NCBI GenBank assembly: GCA_964016885.1
Contig: OZ024758.1
Location: 24,986,001-25,050,000 of the forward strand
DNA: 64,000 bases
Direction: 5' to 3'
Source: Eledone cirrhosa
Taxonomy: Eukaryota
Position numbers and translations under genes: made by a program. Positions 60,171-64,000 of this stretch are shown here, one piece after another. The notes under the pieces were generated by a model that made no database searches, was not told the origin of the DNA, and saw only the letters and a program-made list of their open reading frames with translations. Within the stretch, counting starts at the first letter, position 1, and each line of letters begins with the position of its first letter.

Positions 60171-60909
60171 GTAATCTGGTGCGACACTTAGGAAACTAGA
60201 GGTAGACAAGCCATGTACAGAGGGGTGCATCAGGGGGATCAGAAGCTGTGTGCTGAAGAGGAGATTGCTGTGATATGGACAAGTGATGTGTATGAAGGAT
60301 GACAGCTGTATAAAAAGGTATAAAGTGCTGAAAGTTGATGGAAGAGGAAGACCTAGGAAGACTTGGGATTATCATCATCATCATCATCACCGTTTTACGT
60401 CCGTTCTTCCATGCTAGCATGGGTTAGACAGGCTGTGCTGTTATGGGCAGCGTCTGGTCGGCTGACCATGCCTTGCTCATACAGGAACTGATTTTGGCTT
60501 GATTTCTACAACTGGATGCCCTTCCCAACACCAACCCCATTTACAGTGAGTGCTGGGTGCTTTGTCCCGTGGCCCCTACACGTCCACTTTACAGTGTGGG
60601 CTGGGTGCTTTTTTGCCGTGGCACCTCCACGACCACTTTGCAGTGGGAGGGTGTGGGGGCATATTGTCTATATGCTTCAGCTTGTACCCATGGGAGGTCG
60701 GGTACTCTGTATTACTGTGTGACGACAGAAGTCACGGTTGGGATAAGGTGATAAAAGTAGATCTCACAGTTTCACCTTTTAAATGTGATGACACATGATT
60801 GAGATCTCTGGCGTTATGCAGAACTACAGAAGGCCCGCCTTCCCATGCGCATGAGAGGAAGCAACAGCTAGCAGTCTCTAGTATGCACCACTTCTCCCCT
60901 CTCCCCCAT

Positions 60910-62232
60910 GACAAAAAGCACCCAGTCCACACTATAGAGTGGTCATGTCGGTGACAACAAAAAGTGCTCAGTCCACCCTATAAAGTTATCATGTTGGCAA
61001 TACAACAAATAGCACCCAGTCCACACTGTAAAGTGGTCATGTTGGTGACAGGACAAAAAGCACCCAGTCCACACTGTAAAGTGGTCATGTTCGTGACAGG
61101 ACAAAAAGCACCCAGTCCACACTATAAAGTGGTCATGTTGGTGAGACAACAAAAAAGCACCCACTCCACACTATTAAGTGGTTATGCTGGTGACACAACA
61201 AAAACCACCCAGTCCACACTATAAAGTGGTCATGTTGGTGAGACAACAATAACCACCCAGTCCACACTATAAAGTGGTCATGTTGGTGAGACAACAAAAA
61301 CCACCCAGTCCACACTATAAAGTGGTCATGTTGGTGAGACAACAAAAACCACCCAGTCCACACTATAACGTGGTTATGCTGGTGACACAACAAAAACCAC
61401 CCAGTCCACACTATAAAGTGGTCATGTTGGTGAGACAACAAAAACCACCCAGTCCACACTATAAAGTGGTCATGTTGGTGACACAATAAAAACCACCCAG
61501 TCCACACTATAAAGTGGTTATGCTGGTGACACAACAAAAACCACCCAGTCCACACTATAAAGTGGTTATGCTGGTGACACAACAAAAACCACCCAGTCCA
61601 CACTATAAAGTGGTTATGTTGGTGACACGATAAAAACCACCCAGTCCACACTATAAAGTGGTCATGCTGGTGACACGATAAAAACCACCCAGTCCACACT
61701 ATAAAGTGGTCATGTTGGTGAGACAACAAAAACCACCCAGTCCACACTATAAAGTGGTTATGCTGGTGACACGATAAAAACCACCCAGTCCACACTATAA
61801 AGTGGTTATGCTGGTGAGACAACAAAAACCACCCAGTCCACACTATAAAGTGGTTATGCTGGTGACAACAAAAACCACCCAGTCCCTACTATAAAGTGGT
61901 TATGCTGGTGACACAACAAAAACCACCCAGTCCACACTATAAAGTGGTTATTCTGGTGACACAACAAAAACCACCCAGTCCACACTATAAAGTGGTTATG
62001 CTGGTGACACGATAAAAACCACCCAGTCCACACTATAAAGTGGTTATGCTGGTGAGACAACAAAAACCACCCAGTCCACACTATAAAGTGGTTATGCTGG
62101 TGACACAACAAAAAACCACCCAGTCCACACTATAAAGTGGTCATGTTGGTGAGACAACAAAAACCACCCAGTCCACATGCTGGTGACACAATAAAAACCA
62201 CCCAGTGCACACTATAAAGTGGTCATGTTGGT
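60910..62232. repeat. 48 bp minisatellite, ~27 copies, in the last BRPF intron
   Basis: ccacccagtccacactataaagtggtcatgttggtgagacaacaaaaa; explains the 16 aa periodic ORFs. Confidence 0.93.
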
Positions 62233-62376
62233 GTAGATTCATTTATGAAAGATATCAACTTCTCCAAACAGAGACCTAACACCACAAGTCAGTAAACTCT
62301 ACTGAAACATTAAAATATTCTTAGTCAAAATTAGATTTCAATGTTAAATATTTTGGAAATAAAGTTGTTTGCTTAC

Positions 62377-62519
62377 CAAGTTCTTTTAGTATCAAAGAAC
62401 AACACTAAGTAAACTGGTTCATCGTATTTCTTTTGTAAAGCCAAAACTTCATCTGGAGGTACTGGAATTGGAACTCCATTGTGAAAATAACCAGTCTTTG
62501 GCATTTTGGGATTAATTAT
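62377..62519 (-). CDS. BRPF1: BRPF/peregrin exon, PWWP domain
   Basis: gacag acceptor and TG|gtaagc donor. [48 protein letters not shown] contains the BRPF-specific [10 protein letters not shown] insert and LVLFFDxKRTW. Confidence 0.94.
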
Positions 62520-62641
62520 CTGTCATGAAACAAGCAGAATATTATTATGAAAGCATTAGGGTGATAGAGGCAACTGGAAATTGGTTTTAATTACAAAATG
62601 TTGAGAATGAAAAAGTTATAATGGGGGAATGTGAGGGGTCA

Positions 62642-62854
<213 letters not shown>

Positions 62855-63049
62855 TCACAAGCTTACATAAAGAATAACAACGTTTTATATATTCTAAAGA
62901 AGAAAAACTAGCAGAAAGATTTCATTACAATAGACAATGAAGAAGGAGGAGGGAGGGAGGGAGGGGGGCGTAAGGTGAATATAATTTACTGTTTTATGTA
63001 TGAAATAAGATTATAACATTAGTTAAAAACCCTTTATGTAGCATAATAT

Positions 63050-63080
<31 letters not shown>

Positions 63081-63084
<4 letters not shown>

Positions 63085-63287
63085 AACCAATAAGACCCCG
63101 ACAGCTGAGCTCAAGCCGTTTCGACGGCTAATTCTGGACTAAATATTTAGTCCAGAATTAGCCGTCGAAACGGCTTGAGCTCAGCTGTCGGGGTCTTACT
63201 GGTTCCTATTACCCACTCTACTACCTCAAGTATTGAGTACTTTGGTGCGTTATGGTCCACCTGGTTCCTTACCACTTTTCCTTCGTT
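63081..63287 (+). mobile_element. Fold-back element, family B copy 5 (in a BRPF intron)
   Basis: Loop-less palindrome 63081-63208 (axis 63144/63145) plus tail; (TA)n on both sides. Confidence 0.85.
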
Positions 63288-63322
63288 ATATATATATATA
63301 TATATATATCTACAGGTTTATA

Positions 63323-63366
<44 letters not shown>

Positions 63367-63377
63367 ACAGGTTTATA

Positions 63378-63415
<38 letters not shown>

Positions 63416-63601
63416 ACAGGTTTATATATATATTATATATATATAATCCTTATCAGATTCTAGTCTTTAAATTTATTATTACTATATATATATCATCATC
63501 ATCAACGTTTAACGTGGAAGATAGATGTTAAACGTTGATGATGATGATGATGTATATATATATATATATATATACATATATATACATATATATATATATA
63601 A

Positions 63602-63767
63602 ATAAATGTGAAGACTAAAATCCAAAGAGGGCTCGATAAGGATTATATATATAAACCCGTAGAGCAAATATTTATTATAAGAACAGATTAAAGTTTAAGC
63701 AAAGAATCGCTGCTTTAACCCGTTAAGGGTGAAAGCAGCAATTCTTTGCTTAAACTTTAATCTGTTC

Positions 63768-63775
<8 letters not shown>
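63602..63775. mobile_element. Family H fold-back copy
   Basis: Arms 63673-63721 and 63727-63775 around a gttaa loop; same sequence as 24281-24418. Confidence 0.8.
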
Positions 63776-63800
<25 letters not shown>

Positions 63801-63947
63801 CTATATATAAATAGATATCAAATAGGTTTAGTTAAGATGGGATTATTTCACCATAATTGCAATAAACAATTATGGGAACCAATTACAGCTTAACTACACT
63901 TATTTGATAAATTAATACTCCATCACTCCTAAATCACCGATTCTTAC

Positions 63948-64000
63948 CTGGGACAAAATACTGGCGTGAAGTGCTTTTGAATCGCTCGGACCAGCTTATA
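63948..64000 (-). CDS. BRPF1: BRPF/peregrin exon, partial (runs off the window end)
   Basis: Minus strand reads ISWSERFKSTSRQYFVP then G|gtaag donor; phase 1 matches the next exon. Assigned from splice logic, not from a conserved motif. Confidence 0.6.

Noticed and set aside
61133-62111. ORFs with a 16 aa repeat (HNHFIVWTGWFLLCHQ)
   Set aside because: 48 bp intronic minisatellite; BRPF exons splice in frame across it.
63490-63552. Another fold-back element (catcatcaacgtttaac...gttaaacgttgatgatg)
   Set aside because: Better explained as two opposed (GAT)n retroposon tails, also seen singly at ~40662-40692 and 51855-51880.

Overview
Eukaryotic, very AT- and microsatellite-rich animal DNA; the SINE families and giant (TA)n arrays suggest a coleoid cephalopod such as Octopus (inference). 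Two convergent spliced genes are supported: the last 4 coding exons of a divergent alpha-tubulin (+, 2147-22560, with a 16.1 kb intron, ending ...EEEEENEF) and the last 4 coding exons of a BRPF/peregrin (Br140) gene encoding the PWWP domain (-, 64000-59493). The rest is repeats: tRNA-derived SINEs, LINE relics, MITEs of the Tc1/mariner-pogo, hAT and piggyBac types, a non-autonomous Helitron, minisatellites and about 9 kb of (TA)n. Almost all long ORFs in the track are microsatellite artefacts. The most striking unexplained structure is a set of short non-coding elements in or beside (TA)n tracts. They form long palindromes or inverted repeats, and many carry minimal type-I hammerhead ribozyme motifs (about 7 loci read by eye, several on both strands). 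This resembles Penelope-like element terminal repeats or retrozymes, and copy-specific variants shared by both arms suggest the fold-back is made anew at each insertion. All folds and alignments were done by eye and need computational and biochemical confirmation.
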